Below the pieces are notes generated by a model. That model saw only the letters and a program-made list of their open reading frames with translations, ran no database searches and was not told where the DNA came from. From positions 71,168 through 135,167 of the forward strand of contig CAVXTG010000006.1 of the NCBI GenBank assembly GCA_963764595.1: a stretch of 64,000 bases of DNA, in the 5' to 3' direction. The position numbers and the translations under genes were made by a program. Position 1 is the first letter of the stretch. The number at the start of each line of letters is the position of its first letter. This document shows positions 29,907 to 41,747 of the stretch, one piece after another. Source of the DNA: an uncultured Actinomycetes bacterium. Lineage in GTDB: Bacteria > Actinomycetota > Thermoleophilia > Gaiellales > Gaiellaceae.

Positions 29907-31324
29907 TGGCCGGCTTGCCGAAGCGGTTTCCTGATCGCGTCGAGGTCGCGTCCGTTCGCGCCGAGGCTGAGCCGCTCGAGCCCGGCGAAGAGGCCGGCGA
30001 GACGCGGCGGGTTGCCGGACGGGTGATGGCCCGTCGGGACATGGGGAAGCTCGTCTTCCTCGACCTCGTCGACCGCTCCGGGCGGATCCAGCTCCTATGC
30101 GCGGCGGAGCGCACGGGCCCTGTCGACGTCGACCTCGGAGACATCGTCGGCGCCACTGGTCGACCCTCAAGGACCAAACGCGGAGAGCCGTCGCTGGCCG
30201 TCGACGAGCTCGTCCTCCTCGGCAAGACCAAGCGTCCGTTGCCGGACACGTTCCACGGCCTCCGAGACGTCGAGGCGCGCTACCGCCAGCGTTACCTCGA
30301 CCTGCTGGTGAACGAGGAGACGCGGGCGGATTTCGACATTCGCACCCGCATGGTCACGGCGATCCGCAGACGGCTCGACTCCTGGGGGTTTCAGGAGGTC
30401 GAGACCCCGATCCTGCAGCCTCGCTACGGCGGCGCCTTCGCCGAGCCGTTCGTCACGCACTCGAACGAGCTCGACACCGATCTCTACCTGCGCATCGCGA
30501 CCGAGCTCTACCTGAAGCGCCTGATCGTCGGCGGCCTCGACCGGGTCTACGAGCTCGGCCGTGACTTCCGCAACGAGAGCACCTCCTACAAGCACGCGCC
30601 CGAGTTCACGATGGTCGAGTGGTACGAGGCCTACGCCGACTACCGCGACACGATGGAGCGGATCGAGCAGCTAGTCGCCGCCGTCGCCGAGGAGGTGATT
30701 GGCACGACGAAAGTCACGTTCCGCGGGCACGACGTCGACCTCGCCGCCCCATGGAGGCGGGTCAAGCTGGTCGAGGCGCTGGAGGCGGAGGGGCTCTGGA
30801 CGCGCGACGAGACCGAGCTGCGTGCCCGGCTGGGCGAGCGCGGGGTCGATACGTCAGCCGACCGGAGCTGGGCGCAGCTCGTCGATCATGCCCTCAGCTC
30901 GGCCGTCGAGCCGTCGCTCGTCGAGCCGACGATCCTCCACGACTACCCCGTCGAGCTGTCGCCGTTTGCCCGCGCGACGGATGAGGACCCCTCGATCGTG
31001 GAGCGATTCGAGTATTTCGTCGGCGGCATGGAGCTCGGCAACGCGTTCACGGAGATCAACGACGCGGACGAGCAGGCGGAGCGCTTCGCGCAGCAGGCGG
31101 CCGAGGTAGGAGGCGAGCCGGGGGATCCGGACTACGTGGAGGCGCTCGCCTACGGGATGCCGCCGACGGGCGGCCTCGGCCTCGGCATCGACCGGCTGGC
31201 GATGGTGCTGACCGGGCGCGACACGATCCGAGACGTGATCCTGTTTCCGCACTGCGTCCCCGCTGAGTCCGGCGCGACGATGCGCGGTGAGATCCCGTCC
31301 TCGGCGGACACGGCCGGTGTCTGA
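29906..31324 (+). CDS. lysS: Lysine--tRNA ligase (class II)
   Basis: Internal ATG at 29906 of track ORF 29828-31324. Contains MGKLVFLDLVDRSGRIQL (OB fold), FQEVETPILQ, YLRIATELYLKRL, FRNE, and GLGLGIDRLAM (class II motifs 1-3). Confidence 0.95.
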   Translation: MAGLPKRFPDRVEVASVRAEAEPLEPGEEAGETRRVAGRVMARRDMGKLVFLDLVDRSGRIQLLCAAERTGPVDVDLGDIVGATGRPSRTKRGEPSLAVDELVLLGKTKRPLPDTFHGLRDVEARYRQRYLDLLVNEETRADFDIRTRMVTAIRRRLDSWGFQEVETPILQPRYGGAFAEPFVTHSNELDTDLYLRIATELYLKRLIVGGLDRVYELGRDFRNESTSYKHAPEFTMVEWYEAYADYRDTMERIEQLVAAVAEEVIGTTKVTFRGHDVDLAAPWRRVKLVEALEAEGLWTRDETELRARLGERGVDTSADRSWAQLVDHALSSAVEPSLVEPTILHDYPVELSPFARATDEDPSIVERFEYFVGGMELGNAFTEINDADEQAERFAQQAAEVGGEPGDPDYVEALAYGMPPTGGLGLGIDRLAMVLTGRDTIRDVILFPHCVPAESGATMRGEIPSSADTAGV

Positions 31325-31369
31325 CACCTTTTGAACCGGGTCACGGCCTGCCCGGACGTCCTGCCGCGG

Positions 31370-32452
31370 CTAGGCCTTCGCCCACGCTCCCTGGCGGATG
31401 TGCTCGACGACCTCGTCGAGGATGCGGTCGAGGTCGACCGTCGGCGCCCAGCCGACGGCCGTAGCGATCTTGTCGATCGCCGGCATGCGCTGGAACATCT
31501 CGTCGATCCCATGCCCGTAGACCTCCTCGTACGGCACGAAGACGAGCTCTGACGCGCTATTGGTGGCGCGGAGCACCCGCTCGGCCAGCTCCAGGATCGT
31601 CACCGACTCCGTCGAGCCGACGTTGTAGATCTCGCCCCTCGTCGACGATGAATCGAGCAGGGCGACGAGCGCCTGGGTCGTGTCGGCGACGTGGCAGAAG
31701 CAGCGCGTCTGTGTCCCGTCGCCGTGGATCTCGAGCGGTGCACCGGCGAGGGCGGCCTGGACGAAGCGGGGGATCACGTTCCCGTACTGGCCGCTCTGCC
31801 GTGGGCCGACCGTGTTGAAGAGCCGGGCAATCACCGCTTGCAGCCCGTGTTCCTCGTGTCGCGCAAGGGCCAGGAACTCGTCCATCGCCTTCGAGTCGGC
31901 GTACGCCCACCGCTTCGCCGTCGTCGGGCCGTAGATGCGGCGCGCGTCCTCGGCGAGAGGGAGGTTCTCGGCCACGTGGTCTCCATAGACCTCGGAGCTC
32001 GAAGCGACGAGAACGGGCTTATCGAACCGCTCCGCGTACTCGAGGACGTTCTCGGTGCCGCGGACGTTCGTCAGCAACGTGTGACCCGGCTGCTCCACGA
32101 TCAGCTTCACGCCGACCGCAGCGGCCAGGTGGAAGACCACGTCGCTTCGGTGCACGAGCTCGCTGACCACCGAGGGCGACAGCACGGACTCGACTGTCAG
32201 GTGGAAGCGAGGGTTCTGCGCGAGGTGGAAGACATTCGCCTCCGAGCCCGTCGAGAGGTCATCCAATGCGTAGACCTCGAAACCCCGCTCGAGCAGGAGC
32301 TCGCAGAGGTGAGATCCGATGAATCCGGCCCCTCCGGTTACTAGTGCCGTCCTGTCGGCCACGGCGCGAGAGCCTAGATGCTCCAGGTCACTGCAGGGTG
32401 CCCCGCAGGCCTCGGCCCAAACCGCATCGGCGTCTCGACCGAAGCGTTTCAT
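31370..32452 (-). CDS. NAD-dependent epimerase/dehydratase (UDP-sugar type)
   Basis: Contains ALVTGGAGFIGSHLCELLLERGFEVYALDDLSTG and a YADSK catalytic motif. The start is uncertain: the ATG at 32452, or the GTG about 27 codons further in. Confidence 0.8.
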   Translation of the reverse strand: MKRFGRDADAVWAEACGAPCSDLEHLGSRAVADRTALVTGGAGFIGSHLCELLLERGFEVYALDDLSTGSEANVFHLAQNPRFHLTVESVLSPSVVSELVHRSDVVFHLAAAVGVKLIVEQPGHTLLTNVRGTENVLEYAERFDKPVLVASSSEVYGDHVAENLPLAEDARRIYGPTTAKRWAYADSKAMDEFLALARHEEHGLQAVIARLFNTVGPRQSGQYGNVIPRFVQAALAGAPLEIHGDGTQTRCFCHVADTTQALVALLDSSSTRGEIYNVGSTESVTILELAERVLRATNSASELVFVPYEEVYGHGIDEMFQRMPAIDKIATAVGWAPTVDLDRILDEVVEHIRQGAWAKA

Positions 32453-32604
32453 AACAGTGTGGTCACGAGCCCGTAAAGAGTTTTCGACGTTCTCGCAATG
32501 CACGACGGGGGCGCCGACCGCTGAGCTACCATGGGCCGACCTTCGACCTGCGGCCGGCAGGACCGGTCGCGTAAGGGAAACGTCGCGGAAGGGAGACTCG
32601 AAGG

Positions 32605-35135
<2,531 letters not shown>

Positions 35136-35139
<4 letters not shown>

Positions 35140-36210
35140 GCGCGTCTGACGTGCGTCGGCCCGACGGCGTCGGGTGACGGGCAGCCGAGCAGCGCGAGCG
35201 TTTGCACCAGCTCGTCGCGGAGCAGCTCGAGGACGTGCTGAACGCCCTCGGAGCCGCCTGCAGCGAGCCCCCACACGACCGGCCGCCCGACGAGCACCGC
35301 CCGTGCGCCCAGCGCCAGCGCGATCGCCACGTCCGTCCCTCGCCTGATCCCGCCGTCCAGCAGCACCTCGGCTCGGCCGGCGACCGCCTCGACCACCTCG
35401 GGCAGCGCGTCGACCGAGGCCACGGCCCGGTCGAGCTGGCGCCCGCCATGGTTGGAGACGACGATCGCCGCGCAGCCGTGCTCGACTGCCAGGACGGCGT
35501 CCTCCGCGGTGAGGATGCCCTTGGCGATCACCGGCATACCGGCGTGCTCGTGGAGCCACTCGAGGTCGCGCCACGTCAGCCGCGGGTCGATCAGCTCGGC
35601 GGCGACTGCCGGCGTGAGCGCACCGAGATCGCCGAGGGCCGAGGTATAGGCCTCCATCCGGAGCCCGGGCTCGAGCGCGAAACCTGTCCGTCAGGTCGCG
35701 TTCCCGGCGCCCGAGGACCGGCAGGTCGACCGTGAAGACGATCGCGGAGAAGCCTGCCTCGCGTGCCTGGTCGATGAGCGTCTTCGTGACGGCTCGGTCC
35801 CGGTGCCAGTAGAGCTGGTACCAGCGCCGACCTTCGGGAGCGGCGGCGGCCACCTCCGCCGGGCCCGCGGTCGCGAGCGTCGAGAGGCACATGAGCGTTC
35901 CGGCCGCGGCGGCCGCACGCGCGATCCCCGGCTCCCCATCCGGGTGCGCCATCTTCAGGTACGCCATCGGCGCGACGAGCACGGGCATGGAGAGCTCCTC
36001 GCCGAGCACCGTCACCGCCGTCGTGACGGTGCTCACGTCGACGAGAACCCGCGGCCTCAGCCGCCAGCCGTCGAACGCTGCGACGTTTGCCCGCACGGTG
36101 TGCTCGTCGCCGGCGCCGCCGGCGAAGTAGCCGAAGGAGGCTTCGTCCAGGGTCTCCTCGGCGAGGCGCTCGTAATCCCAGACGTTGAGGGGAGTTGCGT
36201 CAGGCGCCAT
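35136..36210 (-). CDS. FMN-dependent alpha-hydroxy-acid dehydrogenase/oxidase (lactate/glycolate oxidase family), interrupted by a +1 frameshift at 35680-35682
   Basis: The N-terminal part (track ORF 35014-36210 frame) reads ...[10 protein letters not shown]...[20 protein letters not shown]. It then shifts to [11 protein letters not shown]...[12 protein letters not shown]...[11 protein letters not shown]...[12 protein letters not shown] (track ORF 35136-35657). Removing one A/T from the AAA/TTT run restores about 357 aa. Confidence 0.82.
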
Positions 36211-36245
36211 GCAGGGCGAGAGTATTGCCCGGCCTGGGCCCGCGA

Positions 36246-37085
36246 CTACCAGTCAGGCTCGCCGTTCGTGCCCCAGGCGGCGCGGGTGACGTAGCGGCGA
36301 TCGCTGCCGTCCGTCCGCATCGAGAGCACCTGCCCGCCGCGCTGGAACGCGATCCGCCTGCCGTCCGGCGACCACGCGGGATCGCCGGCGCTCATCGGTG
36401 TACCGCTCGGAAGCAATCTCACGCGCCGTCGAGCGACTTCGACAGTCGCGATCCGACCACGGGTCGAGTACGCGATCCGCCGTCCGTCCGGCGACCAGTC
36501 GGGAGAGAAGCTTGCAGGTCCGTTCGTCAGCCTGCGCGCGACGGTGGAGCCGACGGTGATGAACCAGATCTGGATGCTGCCGCCTCTCGAGCTCTGGAAA
36601 GCGATTCGCCTGCCGCCGGGGGACCAGTCGGGCTCCAGCTCGTTTGCCTGAGGCGTGCGCAGGAGCGGCCGTGGCGTCCCGCCGCCCGAGGGCACGACCC
36701 AGAGGTCGAAGCTGGTCGGAGACGAGCTTCGATAGACGATCCGGCGGCCGTCGGGCGACCACGTCGGATCGCCGTCGCCGGCGCGCCTCGTGAGCCGGCG
36801 ACGAGCGCTCCCGTCCGCATTCATCACCCAGATTCCCTCCCGACCGAGCACGCCGCCGCCCGCGAACGCGATTCGCCGGCGAGCGGGCGACCAGGCGGCT
36901 TGCTCTCCACCACGGACGAGGAGCCGCCGACCCTGTCCCGACGGAAACACCGAGTACAACTCCGGCGGCCTCCGAGGACTGGAGAGATGAACGCTGCGGT
37001 AGACGATTCTGGGCGCTCCGGACCCCGCGACTGCCGCCGGCAACGAAAGCGCCGAAGCGACTGCGACTCCTCCGACGGCGATCAA
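36246..37085 (-). CDS. PD40 (TolB-like) beta-propeller repeat protein
   Basis: 279 aa with a TTG start. Repeated WSPARRRIAF / WSPDGRRIVY / WSPGGRRIAF / WSPDGRRIAY motifs. An out-of-frame ATG just upstream (MTMARDSSP) hints at a possible further indel at the N-terminus. Confidence 0.7.
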   Translation of the reverse strand: MIAVGGVAVASALSLPAAVAGSGAPRIVYRSVHLSSPRRPPELYSVFPSGQGRRLLVRGGEQAAWSPARRRIAFAGGGVLGREGIWVMNADGSARRRLTRRAGDGDPTWSPDGRRIVYRSSSPTSFDLWVVPSGGGTPRPLLRTPQANELEPDWSPGGRRIAFQSSRGGSIQIWFITVGSTVARRLTNGPASFSPDWSPDGRRIAYSTRGRIATVEVARRRVRLLPSGTPMSAGDPAWSPDGRRIAFQRGGQVLSMRTDGSDRRYVTRAAWGTNGEPDW

Positions 37086-37182
37086 GGTGACGAATCACGT
37101 GCCATTGTCATTGGGACGTGTGCACTGCGACTTGTTACGGATTCGGCACGAACACGTCCGTTCCCACGCCTAGAGTCGGAGC

Positions 37183-38535
37183 GTGGCCCAACCTGCCCTC
37201 AAGTACGCCTGCTCCGACTGCGGCCAGGCGACCGGTCGCTGGCTCGGTCGCTGCCCGGGCTGCGGCAGCTTCGGCACGCTCGTCGAGGAAGCGGCTTCGG
37301 CGCCGTCGCGGGGTAAGGGCGCGGCGCCGCGACCACTGCTCCGCCTTGTCGACGTCGAGGCCGAGGACGCGAAGCGAATCCCGACCGGCGTTGCCGAGCT
37401 CGACCGGGTGCTCGGCGGTGGGCTGGTCCCGGCTTCGCTCGTGCTCGTCGGCGGCGAGCCCGGTGTCGGGAAGTCCACGCTGCTCCTGATGGCGCTGGCG
37501 GCGATCTCGAAGGAGCGCCGCGCGCTGCTCGTCACCGGCGAGGAGTCCTCCGCCCAGGTGAAGCTTCGCGCCGCCCGGCTGGGCGGCGCAGAAGGCATCG
37601 AGATCCTGGCCGAGACCGACCTGGACTCGATCTGCGCGACGCTGGAGCAGGAACGGCCCGCCGTCTGCGTGATCGACTCCGTGCAGACGCTCTATTCGGC
37701 CGAGATCGGCTCTGCGCCGGGGTCGGTCGCCCAGGTGCGGGAGGCCTCAGCCCGGCTGCTCAGGGTGGCCAAGGAGGCGGGCGTGGCGCTCTTCCTCGTC
37801 GGCCATGTCACGAAGGACGGCGCCGTTGCCGGGCCCCGGGTGCTCGAGCACCTCGTTGACTGCGTCCTCCAGTTCGAGGGCGACCGCTACCACGCTCACC
37901 GGGTGCTCCGCGCGGCCAAGAATCGATTCGGCTCGACGAACGAGCTCGGCGTCTTCGAGATGACCGGGGCGGGTCTCGTCGGCGTGCCCGACCCGTCGGC
38001 GCTGTTCGGCGCCGCACGCGAAGAGGAGGTCGGCTCGGCCGTCGCCTGCACGCTCGAGGGGACACGGCCGCTGCTGCTCGAGGTCCAGGCACTCGTCGCG
38101 CCGACGGATCTCGCCATGCCGAGACGCGTCGGGACGGGAGTCGATCCGAAGCGGCTGGCGATGATCGTGGCCGTCCTCTCGCGCCACGGCGGGATCGCGC
38201 TCGGGCAGGCTGACGTGTTCGTCAACGTCGCCGGTGGCGTCAGAATCGACGAGCCGGGCGCGGATCTGGCGATCGGACTGGCGATCGCGTCGGCGGCGAA
38301 GGGAGCGGTGATCGCGGCGGGAACGGCGGCCTTCGGAGAGATCGGACTGACCGGCCGGCTGCGCCCTGCGGCGCAGGCCGAGCGCCGGCTCGAGGAATGC
38401 GCCAAGCTCGGGCTCGGCACGGCGATCGTCCCGGCAGCGACGAAGGGCCGGCGCGGCCTCGAGACGAAGGCGGTCGACACCGTCCGCCAGGCGATCGGCG
38501 CTGCGCTCGCAGGGCAAGCCGAACCTTGCCGCTAG
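37183..38535 (+). CDS. radA: DNA repair protein RadA
   Basis: 450 aa with a GTG start. Zinc finger CSDCGQATGRWLGRCPGCG, Walker A GGEPGVGKST, the KNRFG motif and a Lon-like C-domain. Confidence 0.95.
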   Translation: MAQPALKYACSDCGQATGRWLGRCPGCGSFGTLVEEAASAPSRGKGAAPRPLLRLVDVEAEDAKRIPTGVAELDRVLGGGLVPASLVLVGGEPGVGKSTLLLMALAAISKERRALLVTGEESSAQVKLRAARLGGAEGIEILAETDLDSICATLEQERPAVCVIDSVQTLYSAEIGSAPGSVAQVREASARLLRVAKEAGVALFLVGHVTKDGAVAGPRVLEHLVDCVLQFEGDRYHAHRVLRAAKNRFGSTNELGVFEMTGAGLVGVPDPSALFGAAREEEVGSAVACTLEGTRPLLLEVQALVAPTDLAMPRRVGTGVDPKRLAMIVAVLSRHGGIALGQADVFVNVAGGVRIDEPGADLAIGLAIASAAKGAVIAAGTAAFGEIGLTGRLRPAAQAERRLEECAKLGLGTAIVPAATKGRRGLETKAVDTVRQAIGAALAGQAEPCR

Positions 38536-38570
38536 CAGGGATTTTCCGTTCCGAGCACAGAAAATCCCTG
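38536..38570 (+). terminator. Perfect 11-bp inverted repeat immediately after radA (CAGGGATTTTC ... GAAAATCCCTG)
   Basis: Arms at 38536-38546 and 38560-38570. A TTTTT run follows 11 nt later (38582-38586). Confidence 0.4.
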
Positions 38571-38680
38571 GAAACGGTGGCTTTTTGGTGAACTTTTCGC
38601 TATACTGGGTGATGTTCGCCGGCGGTCTCGTCACCCGCCGGCGGTTTGTCGTGTAAACGTCTGGGATGGGGAGGTTGGGC

Positions 38681-39205
38681 TTGTATAAGGTCGGCGACAA
38701 GGTGGTGTATCCGCACCACGGGGCAGGCACTGTCGTGAAGAAGGAGTCACGCGAGGTGCTGGGTGACAAGCGTGAGTACCTCACGATTCAGATCCTTCAC
38801 AACGACATGACCGTGAACGTGCCCGCCGACAACTGCGAGAAGGTCGGGCTGCGGAAAGTCATCAACGAGGAGACCGTCAAGGAAGTCGTCAAGGCGCTCA
38901 CGGGCAACGGGACGACGATGCCGAAGAACTGGAACCGCCGTTTCAAGCACAACCGCGACAAGATGAAGACCGGCGACATCTTCGAGCTCGCCGAAGTCGT
39001 TCGAAACCTGTCGTTGCGCGACCGCGACAAGGGTCTGTCAACCGGCGAGAAGCAGATGTTCGTCAAGGCGAAGAAGATCCTCATCAGCGAGCTGATGTAC
39101 GCGAAGGGCCTCGACGAGGAGGAGACCGCCGAGTGGCTGGACGACGTCCTCGTCTCCGACGCCGGCGCGAAGAAGAAGCGCGCGAAGGCCGGCGCCGCCG
39201 CATAG
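38681..39205 (+). CDS. carD: CarD-family transcriptional regulator
   Basis: Contains YKVGDKVVYPHHGAGTVV...EYLTIQIL...RNLSLRDRDKGLSTGEKQM. The TTG at 38681 has a GGGAGG 7 nt upstream; the track ATG at 38666 lies inside that Shine-Dalgarno sequence and is the alternative start. Confidence 0.9.
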   Translation: MYKVGDKVVYPHHGAGTVVKKESREVLGDKREYLTIQILHNDMTVNVPADNCEKVGLRKVINEETVKEVVKALTGNGTTMPKNWNRRFKHNRDKMKTGDIFELAEVVRNLSLRDRDKGLSTGEKQMFVKAKKILISELMYAKGLDEEETAEWLDDVLVSDAGAKKKRAKAGAAA

Positions 39206-39221
39206 CGCAGGCTGCCGCCTG

Positions 39222-39902
39222 ATGTCCGTCTGGGCCGTCATCGTCGCGGCAGGCCGCGGCGAGCGGCTCGGACTGGACCGGCCGAAGGCATTCGCCAACC
39301 TCAACGGCCGGCCGCTGCTGGCCGAGAGCCTCGAGCGGCTGGAGTGGTCGGAGTGGGTCGACTCGATCGTCGTTGCCGCACCGCCCGACTGGGAGGAGCC
39401 GGTCATCCTGCTGGCCGAGGAGCTCGGCTGCGGGAAGGTCGTCTCGGTCGTGCCCGGCGGTGAGAGCCGCGCCGCCTCGGTTCGGGCCGGACTGGCCGAG
39501 GTGCCGGAGGACGCCGCTGTCGTGCTCGTACACGACGCGGCGAGGCCCATGCTGCCCGAAGAGGTGGTCGAGCGGCTGATGACGGCGCTGAACGAAGGCT
39601 GGGACGGCGTCGTGCCCGGGATGCCGGTCGCCGACACCGTCAAGCGGGTCGAGGGCGATCAGGTCGTCGAGACCGTCGACCGCGAGAGCCTCGTCGGCGC
39701 CCAGACGCCGCAGGCGTTCGTCTGGCCGGCCTTGCGCGCCGCCGCCTCCGGCGAAAACGAGGCGACCGACTGCGCCGCGCTGGTCGAGGCGCGCGGCGGA
39801 CGGATCAAGGTCGTTCCGGGCGACAGGCGGCTGCTGAAGGTCACGGAGCCCGCCGATCTGGAGCTCGCCGCCACGTGGCTCACCCCGGCTGCCGCCGATT
39901 GA
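39222..39902 (+). CDS. ispD: 2-C-methyl-D-erythritol 4-phosphate cytidylyltransferase
   Basis: 226 aa. Contains AVIVAAGRGERLG, VLVHDAARP, VVPGMPVADTVK. Confidence 0.92.
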   Translation: MSVWAVIVAAGRGERLGLDRPKAFANLNGRPLLAESLERLEWSEWVDSIVVAAPPDWEEPVILLAEELGCGKVVSVVPGGESRAASVRAGLAEVPEDAAVVLVHDAARPMLPEEVVERLMTALNEGWDGVVPGMPVADTVKRVEGDQVVETVDRESLVGAQTPQAFVWPALRAAASGENEATDCAALVEARGGRIKVVPGDRRLLKVTEPADLELAATWLTPAAAD

Positions 39903-40693
39903 TCGTCGACTACCACATGCACTTGCGGGCGCCCGATGAGTCGCTCGACCATACGGTCGAGGCGGTCGAGCGCTTCGTGGACGCGGCGGCGGAGCGCGGG
40001 ATCGACGAGATCGGGCTCTCCGAGCACGTCTACTACTTCGAGGAGACCCGGACGCTGTGGTCTACGCCCTACCACCTCGAGCGCTGTCGGTACCGGCTCG
40101 AGCCGTACGTGGCGGCGATCGTCGAGGCCAAACGGCGGGGACTGCCGGTCAAGCTCGGGCTCGAGGTCGATTACGAGCCGGAGAAGGAGGACGAGACCCG
40201 CGAGATCCTCGCGCCGTACCCGTGGGACTACCTGATCGGCTCCGTTCACTTCGTCGACGGACGGGGGATCGACGGCGAGCCGAGTCTGGTCGCGGAGACC
40301 GGGGTGGATGAAGCGTGGCGGCGGTACTACGAGACGCTCGGCCGGGCGGCAAGGAGCGGTCTCTTCGACACGCTCGCCCACCCCGACCTCGTGAAGATGC
40401 ACGGCCACGAGATTCCCTGGGACTGGTCGGCCGTGGCGGAGCACCTCGACGGCGTTCGACTCGAGGTCTCGAGCGCGGGCCTTCACAAGCCTCACGGCAA
40501 GCTGTATCCGAACGCTGAGCTCCTTCGTCAGGCAAAAGCGCGCGGCGTCGAGATAACGCTCGCCTCCGACGCCCATGTCCCTCAGAACGTTGGCCGAGAC
40601 CTCGACCGTGCGATCGAGCACGCGAGGGCGGCGGGCTACGAAACAGTGACCGTCTTCGAGGGTCGAACGGCCCGACAGGAGCCGCTCGGTTGA
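39899..40693 (+). CDS. PHP-domain histidinol-phosphatase-like protein
   Basis: The TTG at 39899 overlaps the ispD stop (TTGA). Contains IVDYHMHL, GLSEHVYYF, GSVHFVDG, HPDL, SDAH; these are PHP metal ligands. Confidence 0.8.
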   Translation: MIVDYHMHLRAPDESLDHTVEAVERFVDAAAERGIDEIGLSEHVYYFEETRTLWSTPYHLERCRYRLEPYVAAIVEAKRRGLPVKLGLEVDYEPEKEDETREILAPYPWDYLIGSVHFVDGRGIDGEPSLVAETGVDEAWRRYYETLGRAARSGLFDTLAHPDLVKMHGHEIPWDWSAVAEHLDGVRLEVSSAGLHKPHGKLYPNAELLRQAKARGVEITLASDAHVPQNVGRDLDRAIEHARAAGYETVTVFEGRTARQEPLG

Positions 40694-41269
40694 TTAGGGC
40701 CGTCGTCTTCGACGTCGGCGAGACCCTGTTCGACGAAACCGGGATCTGGGAGCGTGCGGCCGACGCCGCGGGCGTGCCGCGCTTCACGCTCATGGGGATA
40801 CTTGGTGGTCTGGCCGCGCGCGGCGAGCGCCACACGAAGGCGTGGGAGCTGCTCGGGGTCGACCGGCCGGCCTCGATGTTCGAGCCGACCGACCTGTACG
40901 CGGACGCCTTGCCATGCATCGCGCGGCTCCGCGCGCGCAACCTGGTCGTCGGCGCGGTCGGCAACACGCCGAGAGAGGTCGAGGACCTGCTCCGCGACCA
41001 GGTCGACCTGATCGGTTCCTCGGCGCGCTGGGGAGTCGAGAAGCCGGCCCCCGAGTTCTTCTCCCGGATCGTCGAGGAGACGCGGTGCCGATCCCGCTGA
41101 GATCGCGTACGTCGGCGACCGCGTCGACAACGATGTCGAGCCCGCTCTCGCCGCCGGGATGGTCGCCGTCCATGTGCGCCGCGGGCCGTGGGGATACCTC
41201 CACGACCCGCCGCCTGAAGCCCTGAGAATCCATTCTCTCGACGAGCTCGCCGGAGCACTAGGTGTCTGA
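40690..41269 (+). CDS. HAD-family hydrolase, interrupted by a +1 frameshift near 41081-41087
   Basis: Begins MIRAVVFDVGETLFDE (DxG/DxD-type motif I)...VGNTP...KPAPEFFSRIVEET. It then shifts to ...ADPAEIAYVGDRVDNDVEPALAAGMVAVHVRRGPWG, ending at the TGA at 41267-41269, which overlaps the ispF start by 8 nt. Confidence 0.7.
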
Positions 41270-41747
41270 ACTGCGCATTGGCCTCGGGATCGACGCGCAC
41301 GCCTTCGCGGACGGCATCCCGCTCGTGCTCGCCGGGATCCAGTTCGACGAGGACCGAGGTCTGGCGGGCCACTCGGACGGCGACGTCGTCACGCACGCGC
41401 TGATCGATGCGCTGCTGGGGGCTGCCGGTCTCGGGGACATCGGCTCGCTCTTTCCCGCGGAGGATGACTCACTGCGCGGGGTCTCCTCGCTGCTTCTGCT
41501 TCGAAACGCCTACGGGAAGCTGACGAACGCCGGCTTCGAGCTCGTCAACGCCGACTGCGTCCTGATCGGCGAGCAGCCGCGGATCGCCGACCGGCGGGAC
41601 GACATGCGCGCTCGGCTCGCGGAGACCATGGGCGTCGACGTCGATCTCATCGCCGTGCGGGCGACGACCACCGATCGGCTCGGCTTCACGGGCCGAGGAG
41701 AAGGTCTCGCCGCTCAGGCAGTCGCGCTACTGCGGCAGTCGAGCTAG
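41262..41747 (+). CDS. ispF: 2-C-methyl-D-erythritol 2,4-cyclodiphosphate synthase
   Basis: 161 aa with a GTG start. Contains IGLGIDAHAF, GHSDGDVVTHALIDALLGA, DIGSLFP. Confidence 0.92.
   Translation: MSELRIGLGIDAHAFADGIPLVLAGIQFDEDRGLAGHSDGDVVTHALIDALLGAAGLGDIGSLFPAEDDSLRGVSSLLLLRNAYGKLTNAGFELVNADCVLIGEQPRIADRRDDMRARLAETMGVDVDLIAVRATTTDRLGFTGRGEGLAAQAVALLRQSS

Noticed and set aside
37086-37182. A TTGTCA and repeated ACGTG motifs upstream of radA look like a possible RecA-independent (PafBC-type, tTGTCRgtg-N8-TAnnnT) DNA-damage promoter.
   Set aside because: The spacing does not give a TAnnnT hexamer 8 nt downstream (it reads GCACTG), and the flanking bases differ from the consensus. The match is too weak to call.
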